From the NCBI RefSeq assembly GCF_964204645.1, contig NC_134031.1, positions 13,317,807 to 13,381,806 of the forward strand: 64,000 nt of DNA, written 5' to 3'. The notes under the pieces were generated by a model that was not told the origin of the DNA, did no database searches, and saw only the letters and a program-made list of their open reading frames with translations. Shown here piece by piece: positions 12,009 through 25,398 of the stretch. Position 1 is the first letter of the stretch. Each line of letters starts with the position of its first letter. The translations under genes and the position numbers were made by a program. This DNA comes from Tubulanus polymorphus (Eukaryota; Animalia; Nemertea).

Positions 12009-13863
12009 ATGGCAGTTGAAATTATCAAGACAGCAAAAGGTGGACACAAGATATGCCTAAATGGTTATATGTATGTAAAGCAATACGAACGAAACAACAA
12101 GATTCGATGGTCATGTGTAAAGAAGAAGACAGATAGATGTCCTGGTAGTGTCATGACTAATGTAATGATGGGAGAACAAGGTAGAAAGTGTACAACACAA
12201 CCACGGTCGAGATGATACGGCAGTAGAGGTTACAAAAGTTAGAATCCAGATGAACACCAAAGGAGAAACATTACACAGCAACTCCGTCCAGGTTTACTCC
12301 GAAGTTATTGCAGCAGTGAATGACAACATTGTTAAAGCACAGCTTCCAACAGAAGATGTTTGTAAGAAAGCGATAAGACGTCATCGAAGAAAGAATCTCC
12401 CAAAAGAGCCCAGCAGTTTAGCAGATCTTGAAATTGATGGCCGATGGCTGATGACTGGTGATGATGAAGATGAAAGATTCCTCTTGTATGACAATAGACG
12501 TGATGACATGAGAGTGGCGATATTTGCTTCAGATACTGGGTTAGAAAAATTGGGAAGATCAAGGCAGTGGTTCATGGATGGAACATTCAGCATGGCCCCG
12601 CCACTTTTCGAACAAGTCTATGTGATACGGGTACCACTCGGATCCTCGTCGATTTCGGTTGTGTATGCCTTACTTGAGCGTAAGAACAAGGAAACTTATG
12701 AAGAAATGTTACAAGCTATCCTCCGAGAATTCCAAGATCGACAGATGTTTCCAGAGCCAGAATTCGTCATGGTAGACTTTGAATTGGCAGTACACCAAGC
12801 AATCAGTATATCATTCGAAGACACAGTTCAAGCTCGGGGATGTTTCTACCATTTAGCCCAATCTACATGGCGAAAAATACAGTCACTTGGCTTACAACAG
12901 CATTACAACGAAAATCAGAACTTTCAGTTATTTGTTGGGATGATCGATGGACTTGCATTTTTACCCGTTCATGGATGGAACATTCAGCATGGCCCCGCCA
13001 CTTTTCGAACAAGTCTATGTGATACGGGTACCACTCGGATCCTCGTCGATTTCGGTTGTGTATGCCTTACTTGAGCGTAAGAACAAGGAAACTTATGAAG
13101 AAATGTTACAAGCTATCCTCCGAGAATTCCAAGATCGACAGATGTTTCCAGAGCCAGAATTCGTCATGGTAGACTTTGAATTGGCAGTACACCAAGCAAT
13201 CAGTATATCATTCGAAGACACAGTTCAAGCTCGGGGATGTTTCTACCATTTAGCCCAATCTACATGGCGAAAAATACAGTCACTTGGCTTACAACAGCAT
13301 TACAACGAAAATCAGAACTTTCAGTTATTTGTTGGGATGATCGATGGACTTGCATTTTTACCCGTTAATGATGTTAGTGCTGGATTAGAATATTAACTCA
13401 CTATTGTGCCGGATGAGGGGATAGAACTATTGGATTATTTCAGTGCTACGTACATAAATGGAACTTATCGTCGTGTTAGGGCGCCAAATGGACTACTGAG
13501 GTTTAGGCGTACACCTCCTTTGTTTCCGGTGGCATTATGGAATGTCAATTGCGCGACATAAAATGATGATGCTCGAACCAACAATATATGCGAGGCTTGG
13601 AATAACAAATTCAACTATCTTGTGGGACACAAACACCCTTCGATTTGGCGGACAATCCAGTCATTTCAACAAAAAAAAATGCAACAGTATCTGCTGCAAT
13701 TGAACAAGACAGTATTGGGCAGCGTCCTGCCAAAAGAATAAGACAAAAATATATTGACCTGCAGCTTCGCTTAAAGAACTTATGCATTGATTACAGAGAC
13801 GGGCGTAAAAACGTTAGTGAATTCTTGCGTGGAATCGGCTATAACATGCGCGTTTTAAAGTAA
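12009..13863 (+). pseudogene. FLYWCH-MULE (Mutator-like) transposase, disrupted
   Basis: FLYWCH-like N-terminus, WFMDGTF, VDFE, GCFYH, RTNNICEAWN. Frameshifts, stops and an internal tandem duplication. Confidence 0.9.
12570..13363 (+). repeat. 397-bp tandem duplication within MULE transposase
   Basis: 12570-12966 repeated apparently identically from 12967. Confidence 0.9.
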
Positions 13864-13987
13864 ACAACGATCTTAAAATGTTTTTATCTGTATCATTGAA
13901 GAAACTGTGCTGCTAATTTTTATATTTATAAAGAAAAATAAAATATTGAGTCGATATCTAAATGTTGTTCCTGTTTATTTACGTGTC

Positions 13988-14225
13988 AGTAATAGGGGTA
14001 ATAGGCTTTCATACCAAAGGTCGAGAGGTCGAGAAAGTAAAAAAATAAAAAATAAATTCTCGCACACTCGAATTTATTTTTTATTCACTCGCCCCTTCAA
14101 CCTTTGATATGAAAGCCTATTACCCCTATTACTCTTAAAATATTCATATACATGAATAACATTTGAATTGACAGATTATTCAATATAAAAGTGTGAGCTC
14201 TTATAGAATAGATATATAGATATAT
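13988..14225 (+). repeat. Left TIR of Polinton B; terminal 146 bp self-complementary
   Basis: Inverted match to about 35790-36035; internal inverted copy of the terminal ~34 bp ends at 14133. Confidence 0.9.
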
Positions 14226-14366
14226 TTTAAACATTATTTCAATATTTATATTTGTATGAGTTAGATTTTTAAACATTAAAAGTGTTAGTAAAGTGTGATT
14301 GAAATAATACATGATATAAATCAGTGAACTTCTAAAATCAATTTTAATAAAAAATTTAGTATTAAA

Positions 14367-17300
14367 ATGGAAGCAAGTACTACTGCCCAACATGTAATAT
14401 CAATATAGATAAATCCCAAAAAGCAAGACAAAATAAAACTAAAACACATTTAGAGAATGAATTGAAACTAGAATATAAAGATGATATATTAGAAACTAAA
14501 TTAGATGAATTAAAGAATGAAAAAGAAACATACAAATGTGATACATGTAATCTATCATTCAGTGATAAAAGATATTATAATGAACATTTAAAATCTCAAA
14601 GTCATATTAGAAATATGAATAATGATATTTTAGGTGAAGATTATTTTGATAAAGATAATGATATGAAACAGAAGACAATTAAAAGCATAAAAAATAAATT
14701 AAACAATAAAAGACCATACATGGAAGATGTAAGAAAATATATTAATTTATTGGATAATAAAAAAGATATAGAGATAACCGAAGCATTTAAAAGTGATATT
14801 GGTCCAGCAGCTATTGAGTTTAAATTTCATAAAGGAAAAACATTAGAAGAAAATAAAAAACATTTAGAAAATATGAAAGAAATAATAAAAATAATAACTG
14901 ATGTTGAATATCCTAAAATTAGTATATCTTCTAAAGTAAAGTTTATAAAATCTGAAGATAAACCAATATATAATATAAATTCTCATTCACAACATATTAT
15001 ATCTAAACAACATATAGATGATAAATTAGATAAATGTTATAACGAAGTAAAAACTAAAATAGAAGAGAAATATTTTGAAGGATCTGGTTTAATATTTGAT
15101 GAAATAATATTTATGACTTTACATGTGTATAACACAAAATATAATAAGTTAACTAAATCAAAACCAATAGATGAAAATAATGTATCATATTATAAAGAAC
15201 AAGATATTGAAGCATCAAGTTATATAAAACTACCATTTAAAACTAATGCTGTAATAAATGTACAAAATGAAGATGATAAATGTTTTCTATGGACAATTAT
15301 AAGTTGCTTACATCCAACAGAAGATATTACACATAGTTTTAGATTAACAAATTATAAACCATTTGAAAATGATTATAAGATAGATAAGTATCCTGTTATA
15401 ATTAAAAACATCCCAAAAATAGAAAGAGATAATAATATAAAGATAAATGTATTTTATTTAATCAAATTACCAAATACAAAAGGTAACAATATAAAACATT
15501 ATACATTAGAACCTTTATATCTATCAAAAGATTATGATTCAAATGATGTTATAGATATATTATATTATGAGAATCATTATATGTGGATTAAACAAAATAG
15601 ATTTATTCTTTAGAACAGAAAGTGATCACCATAATAAAATATATCTATGTAGAAAATGTTTACATAAATTCAGTAATGAAAGTACATTATTAAATCATAA
15701 ACAATTATGTGAAAATCATGATTATTGTAAATTAGTTTTACCAAATGAAAAGGATAAAATATTAGAATTCAAAAAATATGATTACAAAAATAAAGTACCA
15801 TTTGTAATATATGGAGATTTTGAATCATTAAATAAAGAATTAACTGATCAAGATAGAAAAGAAATATATTATAAAAGAAAGAAATTAAATTCTAATGAAA
15901 ATGATTTTTCAGATGAACCACCAAAAACAAATACAATTAAAAAGATTCATCAATCAGCTGCTGCTTTCGGGTTATATATCAAATCTGATTATCCAGAACT
16001 AATTGAAAGTGAATATTATGATTATAGAAATGAAAATGTTATCAATCATTTTTGTGACTTATTAATTGAATATGAAATAAGATTTAGTAAATTATTGAAT
16101 ACAAATATAGGAATTATAATGACAGAAGAAGATAAAGAAGCATTTTAGTTTGCAGATAAATGTTATTATTGTGAAAAGATATTTAATTATAAAGATAAAA
16201 AAGTAAGAGACCATGATCATTTGAATGGAAAGTTTAGAGGCGCTGCACATGAAAATTGTAACTTACAAGCTAAGAAAATTAACTTTGTACCAGTTATATT
16301 TCATAATCTATCAGGATATGATGCACATTTATTCATCAAACAGTTATGCCATAAAATAGATGAAATTAATAATGAAATAGAAAGATTAAATTCAAATAGA
16401 TCAAATGATAAAATACCAACTTATAAATTTAGAATGTTAGCTAAAACATCTGAGAATTATATATCATTCCAATTTGGTTGCCTAAGATTTATAGATTCAT
16501 ATAGATTTTAAAATACTTCATTAGATAACTTATCAAAATCATTAGTTGATGATGAATTAAAAATATTAAAGCAACACTACCCAAATAATGATGATTTTCA
16601 ATTAATGAGATATAAAGGCGCAATTCCATATTCATTTTATAAATCACATAATGATTTTAATATAACTGAATTATTAAAAGAACAATTCTATGATGAATTA
16701 AAAAATGAATATGTTAAAGATGAAGTATATAATAGAACATTGAATATTTGGAATCATTTTAGAATGAAAAATCATGGGCAATTAGTAGATTTATATCTAA
16801 AATGAGATGTATTATTATCAACCGATATATTCGAAAGGTTTAGAGATGTAAACCTAAAATATTTTAACATTGATCCTTGTCATTGTTATTCATCATCAAC
16901 AAATATAGATCAATTACTATTATTTGAAAAATCTATAAGAGGAGGTATTTCAGGTGTATTAGGGGATAGATATTTCAATGTAAATGATAACCCTGGATAT
17001 AAGTTATTATATATAGATGCAAATAATTTGTATGGTTGGGCAATGATGGAACCACAACCTTATGGAGTATTTGAAATAAGTGAAGTTTTACAACATGAAA
17101 ACAATGATAAATTTGATTGGAAGAAAAGAATCCTAGATATTGCAGATGATTCAGATACTGGTTACTTTTTTGTTGTAGACTTGGAATATCCTGAACATAT
17201 TAAATTTAAATCTAGAAATCTAGCATACTGTCCAGAACATAAAACTGTAACTCATGAAGAATCATCAAATTATCAAAAAAGAATTAAACCCGAAAATCAT

Positions 17301-18350
17301 ATTCATACAGAAAAGTTAATGGTAACTCAAGAAGATAAATATAATTATGTAGTACATTATAGAATGTTAAAGTCTTATCTAAAACAAGGAATGGTTCTAA
17401 AAAAAGTACATAGATATATTTCATTCAGTCAATCTAAGTGGTTAGAAAAATATATAGATTTTAACACCAAACAGAGAACTAAAGCTAAAACTGATTTCGA
17501 GAAAGATTTCTTCAAGTTAATGAATAATGCATTCTATGGTAAGACTTGTGAAAATATTAGAAATAGAAATGATATTGAGTTAGTCAGTAATGGTAAAAGA
17601 ATTAGACATTTACAAACATATCCTAAGTTCATGGGTAACAGAATATTTGATGAAAATTTAGCCGCAGTTAAAATGAGAAGAACATCAATGAAATTTAATA
17701 AACCAATCTATGTTGGAGCATCAGTTTTAGAATTATCAAAATTACTAATGTATGAATTCTATTATAATGTATTACAACCACTTTTTGGAGAAAAACATAT
17801 AGAAATACTATATTTTGATACTGACAGTTACATATTAAAGATAAAAACTAATAACATAACTGATGATTTAAAAACATTAAAACATCATTTTGATTTCAGT
17901 AACTATCCTAAAAATCATGAATTGTTTAGCAATGATAATAAAAAAGTTCCCGGTAAATTCAAAGATGAATTAGGTGGTGAAGAAATTATTGAATTCATTG
18001 GTATTAAATCTAAAATGTATTCATATAAAACAAAAGAACATGAAGCTAAAAAGTTAAAAGGAATAACCAAAAGTGTAGTAGAAAAGAATATTCATTTCAA
18101 AGATTACATCAATTGTATATTCAATGAAGAAGTTAGAAAACATAAAATGAAATGTTTAAGATCTGAAGATCATGAAATGTTTATTGAAGAAATTGAAAAG
18201 ATAAGTCTAAACCCATTTGATGATAAAAGATATATTCTGGATGATGGAATTCATACAGTTGCATATGGTTGCAATTTAGATGAATACTTAAAATTTAAAA
18301 GAGAAGAAACAAAAGAGAAGGAAATAATGAAAAGAATTCTAACGTGTTAA
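14367..18350 (+). pseudogene. pPolB of Polinton B, intein-free allele, multiple stops/frameshifts
   Basis: ORF pieces 14462, 15567, 16221, 16605 and 17028 share motifs with the A/C pPolB; contiguous LYFDTDSYILKIK at about 17810-17845. Confidence 0.92.
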
Positions 18351-18372
18351 TCAAATTTTAATAAAAAATAAA

Positions 18373-18714
18373 CAAACACACAGTGAGAACAACAAATTAT
18401 TTCTAGATAGAATAAAAGATACTTCAAATGTCAAATCAGTAGATTATAAATTTAAGAAGTTAAAAGAATTAATAATCCATAAGAAATATCTAATTACAAA
18501 TATTGATACAGTTACTATCAAATATGGAGACAAATTAGTTATTCACTTAGAATATGAAGGATTAAAAGGAAATATATATAAATTCAGAACATATTTACCA
18601 GATAGATTTCATAGATTATCAAGTGAAGATTTTGAAGAATTATGTTCTGGTGATTTCTATTTCGTATACAAAGGTAAGAATGAAAAGGGGCACCATGAAA
18701 TAGATTTCGAATAA
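18373..18714 (+). pseudogene. Small conserved Polinton protein (start codon lost), homolog of 58055-58381
   Basis: Open frame ...KYGDKLVIHL...TYLPDRF...YKGKNEKGHHEIDFE*, not in the ORF track because it lacks an ATG. Start approximate. Confidence 0.7.
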
Positions 18715-18728
18715 AATATGTAAAATAA

Positions 18729-19484
18729 ATGGTAGAATTAAAAGAATACAGAATATTTGTTGATTCTAGAAGACTTACAAATTATAAATCACATAATTTA
18801 CTAGTACAATTAGATAGAGAATTCAAGAATTGTGTAGATTTAAAATTAGTTAATATAAGTTTATGTAATTCTTTTCATAATATATCGAATAAAAGTCTTG
18901 ATCATTTAGCTTTTAAAATTCATGTTAGAAATTTGAACCAATGGTTTCATCTTTATCTAAAACCAGGATTATATAATTTAGAAACATTAGCGCAAAAAAT
19001 TAATAGAAGAGCTCGTTTAAAAACTGGCGCAGCTGCTAGATTTGAAATTAAATTTATCAAAAGTGATAGTTCGAATAAAATAAGAATAAAGTTAACTTAT
19101 GAACAACATAGATTTCTAGTAAGAAAACCTTTAGCTAAACTGTTTGGAATTCTCCCAGATAGAGATTATTCAAGTATCGAAACTTATACAAATTTAATGA
19201 CTTTTACACATTTTTATATTTATTGCAATTTAATTAATCCTACAAAAACATTTGAAGCAACTAAAGATATAATTTGTAATTCTAGTATATTAAATATTTT
19301 ACCATTAAAAAATGTAAAACAATTTGGAACGCAAATAAATTATAATTTAGCTGAATGTGATTTTAAACCTTGTACTCCACATTTCAATAATTTTAAATTA
19401 GAAATAAGAAATCATAATGGATATTTAATTGATTTGAATAACTTTCCTGTGATATATGAATTAGTTATAAGATGTAGAGAGTAA
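18729..19484 (+). CDS. Putative minor capsid (penton) protein
   Basis: IFVDSR at the N-terminus, YIYCNLI, LEIRNHNGYLIDLNNFPVIYELVI at the C-terminus, typical of Polinton minor capsid proteins. Confidence 0.7.
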   Translation: MVELKEYRIFVDSRRLTNYKSHNLLVQLDREFKNCVDLKLVNISLCNSFHNISNKSLDHLAFKIHVRNLNQWFHLYLKPGLYNLETLAQKINRRARLKTGAAARFEIKFIKSDSSNKIRIKLTYEQHRFLVRKPLAKLFGILPDRDYSSIETYTNLMTFTHFYIYCNLINPTKTFEATKDIICNSSILNILPLKNVKQFGTQINYNLAECDFKPCTPHFNNFKLEIRNHNGYLIDLNNFPVIYELVIRCRE

Positions 19485-19500
19485 TTTTGTCATTATATAA

Positions 19501-19855
19501 ATGAATATAACTGTTGGACCGAGTATATGTTTTGGGTTTGATTTTAAACGTGAGAAAGAAATGAAATTTAACATTAATGATGTAATTACACATATCAAAA
19601 AATATTGCATTTTCTAATGAAACAACATTTGAGTATGAAACAACAATAGATAAAGAAACTTTAAATATAGAAAAGATTACTAATTTAATTAGAGAATCTT
19701 TAAGATTTTATGAATTAGATGAAGATTTTATCATCGATGATATTAAAAAAATAATAATTGAAATATATACAAATGAAACTAGTAATGAAATAAATGTTGA
19801 ATTTATCATCACTAAGATAACTAAATATTTTGATGATAGTAATTTTTTTGATTAA
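19501..19855 (+). pseudogene. Hypothetical Polinton protein (homolog of 49148)
   Basis: TAAATG start, frameshifted, close match to the copy in C. Confidence 0.6.
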
Positions 19856-19858
19856 TAA

Positions 19859-20079
19859 ATGAGTGATAATAAGTGGATAATAACTGGATTATATAATGGA
19901 GCATTACTATCAGTTGGAACTGTTGGTTATTCAATGGTATTAAAAAAGTATTCAAAATGGGAAGTGTTAATGTTGATAGATTTGATATAAATGATATCTT
20001 AAAATTAACATTAGCAGTTACTTTATCTAATTTAACTATTGATTATTTGGAAAAACAAAAATATATTCTTCCCATATAA
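19859..20079 (+). pseudogene. Small hydrophobic protein (homolog of 49510)
   Basis: TAAATG start, 1-nt frameshift relative to the copy in C. Confidence 0.6.
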
Positions 20080-20819
20080 ATGCATAATTTTTTTGCTACA
20101 TAAATGGCTTGTGCAATTATAACTATTATAGGATCGGCAATTGTTAACGCTTTAGCATTTACTGGTGGTGGTTATTTATTCAAGCATATTGATAAAAATA
20201 GTTCATTAGGAGAACAAAGAAGACATAACTTAGCATTAGAAAAATACAATAAAGCAGCAAAAGAATAGAGAAAAGAGACAAAACTATATGGATTATATTA
20301 ACAAGGAATTATATGATCAGAAGATTTCACATAGAGATTTTCAATCAGTTGATGATGCAATGAGTTTATATAACGCGGTAACCAATAAAGAAAAATTACA
20401 TCTATACAAACCTAAATTATCAGATTATTACACCCCAAGTAAAGAACAACAGAATTATGAAATAATATGGATTTTAGGTGGAACTGTTATTGTTATATTT
20501 GTTGCTTATAACAGGGAAGTGTGATGAGATGGAATACGGACGCTATTGTGCAGCTCTTGTTGAATGTGCGTTGTAATTGCCCTAAAGCCGATAACGGTTC
20601 GTCGGCGAGCGCTTTGTTACGTAACGCGCCGATAAGCGATAACCAGCGAGATCAGGAATCGTAATAATTCAGTTGTTTCCGAAAATCGGTTTTTCATCCC
20701 ATAATAAACTTATATAAAAATTCCTCTGTAAACTGGTTAAACTCAACATCTGATTTCCCCTCATCAATTTTAGTCGATCAACTTGTATTCACAATTGTCT
20801 TAAATTTAAGTGCCCCCTA

Positions 20820-21062
20820 GTTTGTTTCTTAACTGCTTCTCTTTAATCTGTTTTAGCGTGTAACTGTTTCTACGTTAATTTTCCTTTAGTTAGTATCATC
20901 TCTGATTACTTGAATTAGTCTCTTTGTCTCTGGATTGTATATATCTCTCATAATTTCTGTAGTATTCATTATTTCTGAAGATGACTATTAGGACATAGAC
21001 GAAACGTTGAAAAAACTACTAACATTTTTGGACTTTTTCGTTATCATTGTGGGATTCTCTCT
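20820..21062 (+). repeat. Penelope-like repeat fragment with hammerhead-like core
   Basis: Reverse-complement match to the insert at about 55440-55690; CTGAAGA-stem-GAAAC motif at about 20975-21005. Confidence 0.55.
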
Positions 21063-22600
21063 ACATCGCTTCAGACGGATATAGTGTTTTATCAATCGTG
21101 ATATCGGTTCTTTCCGCTGTATTAAAATGGCAACGGTTGTCAACGAAATTATAAATGATGACGATTTTGACGATCTATTCTTTGATAGTGACGAATTGGT
21201 TCAGATCGATACGGAAATATTACGGGAATCCTCTGGATCAGGATCAACTAATTCGGCCGATTCTAGTGAGTGTTATTCCTTTTGAATCAATGAAATATCG
21301 GAATAGTTTCCACCTAATTGCAGGCAATTTATTCTTTCCTTTTCTTTTTCATATAGGTACTTCTCAGGCTCAGCTGACCAGAGACTGCGATCTGAACACG
21401 AGAAAACACACATACAGGTATTTTTTACATTTATTTTTATAATCAATACAATCCTTTTAGGTTATAAAATAATAAACGAATACAGAAAATAATATATAAA
21501 CATAATATAAAAAATCCAGATAAGTACATGTTAAAATAATAATCATTATTATTATTTTCGCAGGAACACTATATATTTGGAAAAGGCTATGACTGAAGTG
21601 ATTAACCATCGAGTATTTAAATTCAGTTCAAATGGAATGGCAGCAGTACATTATGGAAAATCGATCGATAAAATTTTGACTACAAATACGTCGCCGTCCA
21701 GACTTGGAATTAACCAGTGGTTTACAAAAATTCAAGATACATTATGTTCCGCCATTCACATAAGCACTGCGAAAGATTTGGATAAAATGTGGGCAAAGTT
21801 TCATGTTGTGATAGTCACAGGGACAGTTTTTTTTAACGTTTTTGTTCTTACGCCATTTTTGTAATTTGACACGACACATATTACAGATATATATCGGGTA
21901 TTTTTATCATCATCAAAATCAATGTTGAACAACTCCTTCACATGGCTTTTGAAATTATTTTTATCGATAGGACGACGATCCGGAGGTTTCGCATTTTTTC
22001 CACACAATCGACAAAGATCCATGACTAAAAACAAGAAAAGGTTAATTAAATGAGATTGCTGATGCTATTTAGGCAACTTGGTTTATATGGGGGACAATAA
22101 TTTGTAGGCCTTATTAAGTAACATTATCATGTAGTAAATACACATTTTAAAGATCATACTTCGTGTATATGTTTGTGTCGTAACATAGCAACATGACGTC
22201 AGAAACGAAAGCTGCGCGAGTCTGGGCCGAAATATTTGACATCTTCAAGGCCCAAATGACGCTAAACCCGGAATCGGAACGAACTGGCAAAAACATATGT
22301 TTAACACATAAAAACAGACTTTAATCACAATATAAATACTTAATGTTCCGATTCCGGGTTTCGGAGATATAGAAGAATAAAAATACATACCTTTTTGGAC
22401 AAATTTTACGAGAAATTGTTGAATTTCAACCGATTTTCTAAAGAAAAATATGTGTATACACAGCCACTTCCACGTGGTTCAATGAACTGCAGTGCGCATG
22501 CGTAGTATCGATCGCAGAACATTTATCGGGCTAAAACTATTGCGGGTTGTTCTGCGACCGAATCCAAGTTGATGTTGACTGGTATTCAGCTGGTAACACA

Positions 22601-25235
22601 GGGAGCGTACCACTAGTCCGGGGGTTCATTGGTCCGGGGGTTCACTAGTCCGGGGGTTCATTGGTCCGGGGGTTCATTGGTCCGGGGGTTCATTGGTCCG
22701 GGATTGGATTTTAAACCTAAATGAAAGTTCCGGTATGCTAAACAGTTAATGTAAGAACACACCGGACAACAATTGAAATTAAATACATTTTTTAAATAAA
22801 TTCTCATGACGTTCGCCTATTATTAGTTGTCAGGAGCGTGGGAAATTAAGACAATCTATATGTTCCCAATGATGTTGTTTCTCAGTAATGCGAGTATCTC
22901 TGCCATTCTCGTATTAAACGTGTTGACCGAGTGTACGATATGGCTCAGAGACCGCGACTATCCACTGGAAGTAGGGGTATTGGCAAAATTCTGATTAACG
23001 AAGGCTACAAGTACCATTTTAATAGGCAACTGAGCGAGTGCATGCTCTGGCGATGCTGGCGGAAAGACTGCCGATCCAAGCTGAAAACAAACAATTTCAA
23101 TAGAGACGACGGTGACCCCGGCAATATCACAGTTTTAGACGGTCCAGATGAACATAATCATGGCCACGACGATGCGGTGATTGAGGCGGGCGAATTTTCA
23201 AATACACTAAAAAATGAAGTCCGCACTGATCCCACAAAACCTGTTAAAAGAGTTTATGACCAAGAAATATCTAGGCTGCACCAACAAGGTGGTGGGGATC
23301 GCGATATTCCCGCGTTCAAGTCGGTGAGATCGGCAATTGCAAGAATAAAAACTAAGCATATGCCCGAAATACCACATGATATAGACTCTGTTAATGTCGC
23401 AGGTGAATGGGCCCGATGTTGGAATGGCAGGCGATTTTTGCTACACCATGATAACGATTGGGGAATCCTTATATTTGGAGCCGATCGAAATCTACGGGCA
23501 CTAAATGTAAGTAACACATTGTATATGGACGGCACGTTTAGAACCGCCCCAAGACCGTATCAACAAGTTTTCACAGTTCTGGGTGACTATCATGGGCGTG
23601 TCCTCCCGCTAGTTGTCGCACTTACTGTTAACCGTGAAATTGCTCATTATCGTCAGATAATACAGGTCTTAAAACGTGAAGTTAGAAGAGCAAGTAATCG
23701 TAGATGGCGACCAAATATGATAGTGTGTGACTTTGAGCTTGCGTTGATAACGGCTGTAGAAACAGAACTCCCTCAGACGAACATTGGTGGTTGCTATTTC
23801 CACTTTAACCAAGCTTTATGGCGACATGTCAAGTTGCTTGGACTTGTGAGAGCATATAGGCAAGATAACAGACTTCGTAAAATTGTACGGAAAGTAATGT
23901 CATTGGGCTTTTTGCCAGTCGCAATAGTTCGAAATAATTTTCGCCTGCTACTAAACAGAAATTCTACAAGAAGAGCGATCAGACAATACCCGACCCTTGA
24001 TGATTTCCTGTTTTATGTAGAAAACACGTACATAAATGGCCAGTTTCCAATACCACTATGGAATGTGTACGAGCGAAACATGGATTGCCGTACCAATAAC
24101 AATGCTGAAGGTAAAGGGCTTGGTTTTTCCTTAAATCTACTAAATGTCATGCGCAATTTTAATAGTACGTGCTTTGCGCCTTGTTATATTATGATAATCC
24201 TGATAATTAAGAAAAAATCCTAGATCCATATGCAATCAGACAGGTTATTAAAATCCTAATTTTTATGGTACTTTGGATGAACATGCCACCTTATACAGTC
24301 TAATAGGACAACCACGGGATTCCTATTTATCATAGATAAGGACGATTTTCGTCTGTCCCAACCAAAGTCAATACAAACTCGCATCAAAATATTTGTTTAG
24401 AAAGGGGATAGTGCGAAAATCCTGGTAATACGACACAATTTATACCGCGAGTTTTGTCGTAAGCCGAATCGTACTATCGGGGTTCGACTGCATATTCACT
24501 TAAACACAAAATGCTATTTTCAGCATTTCACAGGCGATGGAATGACCAGGTACAAGTCCGACATCCAAACTTATGGATCCTCATACGGCATCTGAAAGAT
24601 CTACAGGCACAGACGGCAAATAGTATTGCCCAAATGAACAGAGGTGGCGATCCCACTGTGCGACGTCGCAAATGGCGCAACTTGGAAACACGTCTCCGCA
24701 GACTCAAAAGAGAGTATGAGGATGGTGATAGAGATGCCAGTAACTACTGGAGAGCAGTTAGCCATCTGATAGCCGACTTCTAGAATTTTTTGCAAATAAT
24801 GGTTTTTACCATATAAAAATAAGGACGATATGTCAATAATCAACTGGTGATGTGATTCTCTGGTTACCGTAATTCGACTGACTGGTGTTTGTGTGGTTTT
24901 TCATTTGATTTTCTTTTAATTATTGGTTGTAAATACATGTACATGTAATTACGCTCACTGAATATAGAAACTACATTATACAGGTTTATATTACGTTTTG
25001 AAAAATATAATAGTCGCAATTTCATATTTGGCAAAATCTAATGGCTGTTTTAGGACCTGATGCGGAGAGAAAAATATGTCTACCGGTACACCGAGACACA
25101 TTTGACATAAAGCATCCCTGGATAGCAAAAACAAGTGATCAAAGCTAATCCCGGACTAGTGGACCCCCGGACTAGTGGACCCCCGGACTAGTGGACCCCC
25201 GGACTAGTGGACCCCCGGACTAGTGGGATGACCCC
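22601..25235 (+). mobile_element. MULE DNA transposon with tandem-repeat TIRs, apparently intact
   Basis: Inverted arrays of 17-bp units (CACTAGTCCGGGGGTT-like) at 22610-22702 and 25150-25225; direct repeat GTAACACA at 22593-22600 and 25236-25243. Confidence 0.88.
22940..24783 (+). CDS. FLYWCH-MULE transposase, two exons (22940-24110, 24524-24783)
   Basis: YMDGTF, CDFE, GCYFH. GT..AG intron 24111-24523 restores TNNNAE-AFHRRWN; spliced length 1431 nt, in frame. Confidence 0.85.
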
Positions 25236-25398
25236 GTAACACACACTCGATAAGCGTAGCTTACTGCTGTTGCGGTAACCTTTGATGTACGGGCTGAATT
25301 GAATAGCCTACATCCGGCAATTAAAAGCGCCCGTATTCCATCTCATCACACTTCCCTGCTTATAAGTTTACTAATTAGTAATTTTTTTTGCTAAATAA

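Larger units (their letters stand above)
20512..25358. mobile_element. Non-autonomous TIR DNA transposon (P- or hAT-like) inserted in Polinton B
   Basis: About 33-bp TIR CAGGGAAGTGTGATGAGATGGAATACGG; 7-bp TSD CTTATAA (20505-20511, 25359-25365). Confidence 0.85.
20104..25378 (+). pseudogene. Small membrane protein (homolog of 49756) split near its 3' end by the 20512-25358 insertion
   Basis: Coding pieces 20104-20511 and 25366-25378 rejoin to match ...VAYKFTN* of copy C. Confidence 0.75.

Noticed and set aside
22610-22702. Short regular repeats resembling a CRISPR array (also 25150-25225)
   Set aside because: Units are contiguous with no unique spacers and form the inverted ends of a MULE; eukaryotic context, no cas genes.
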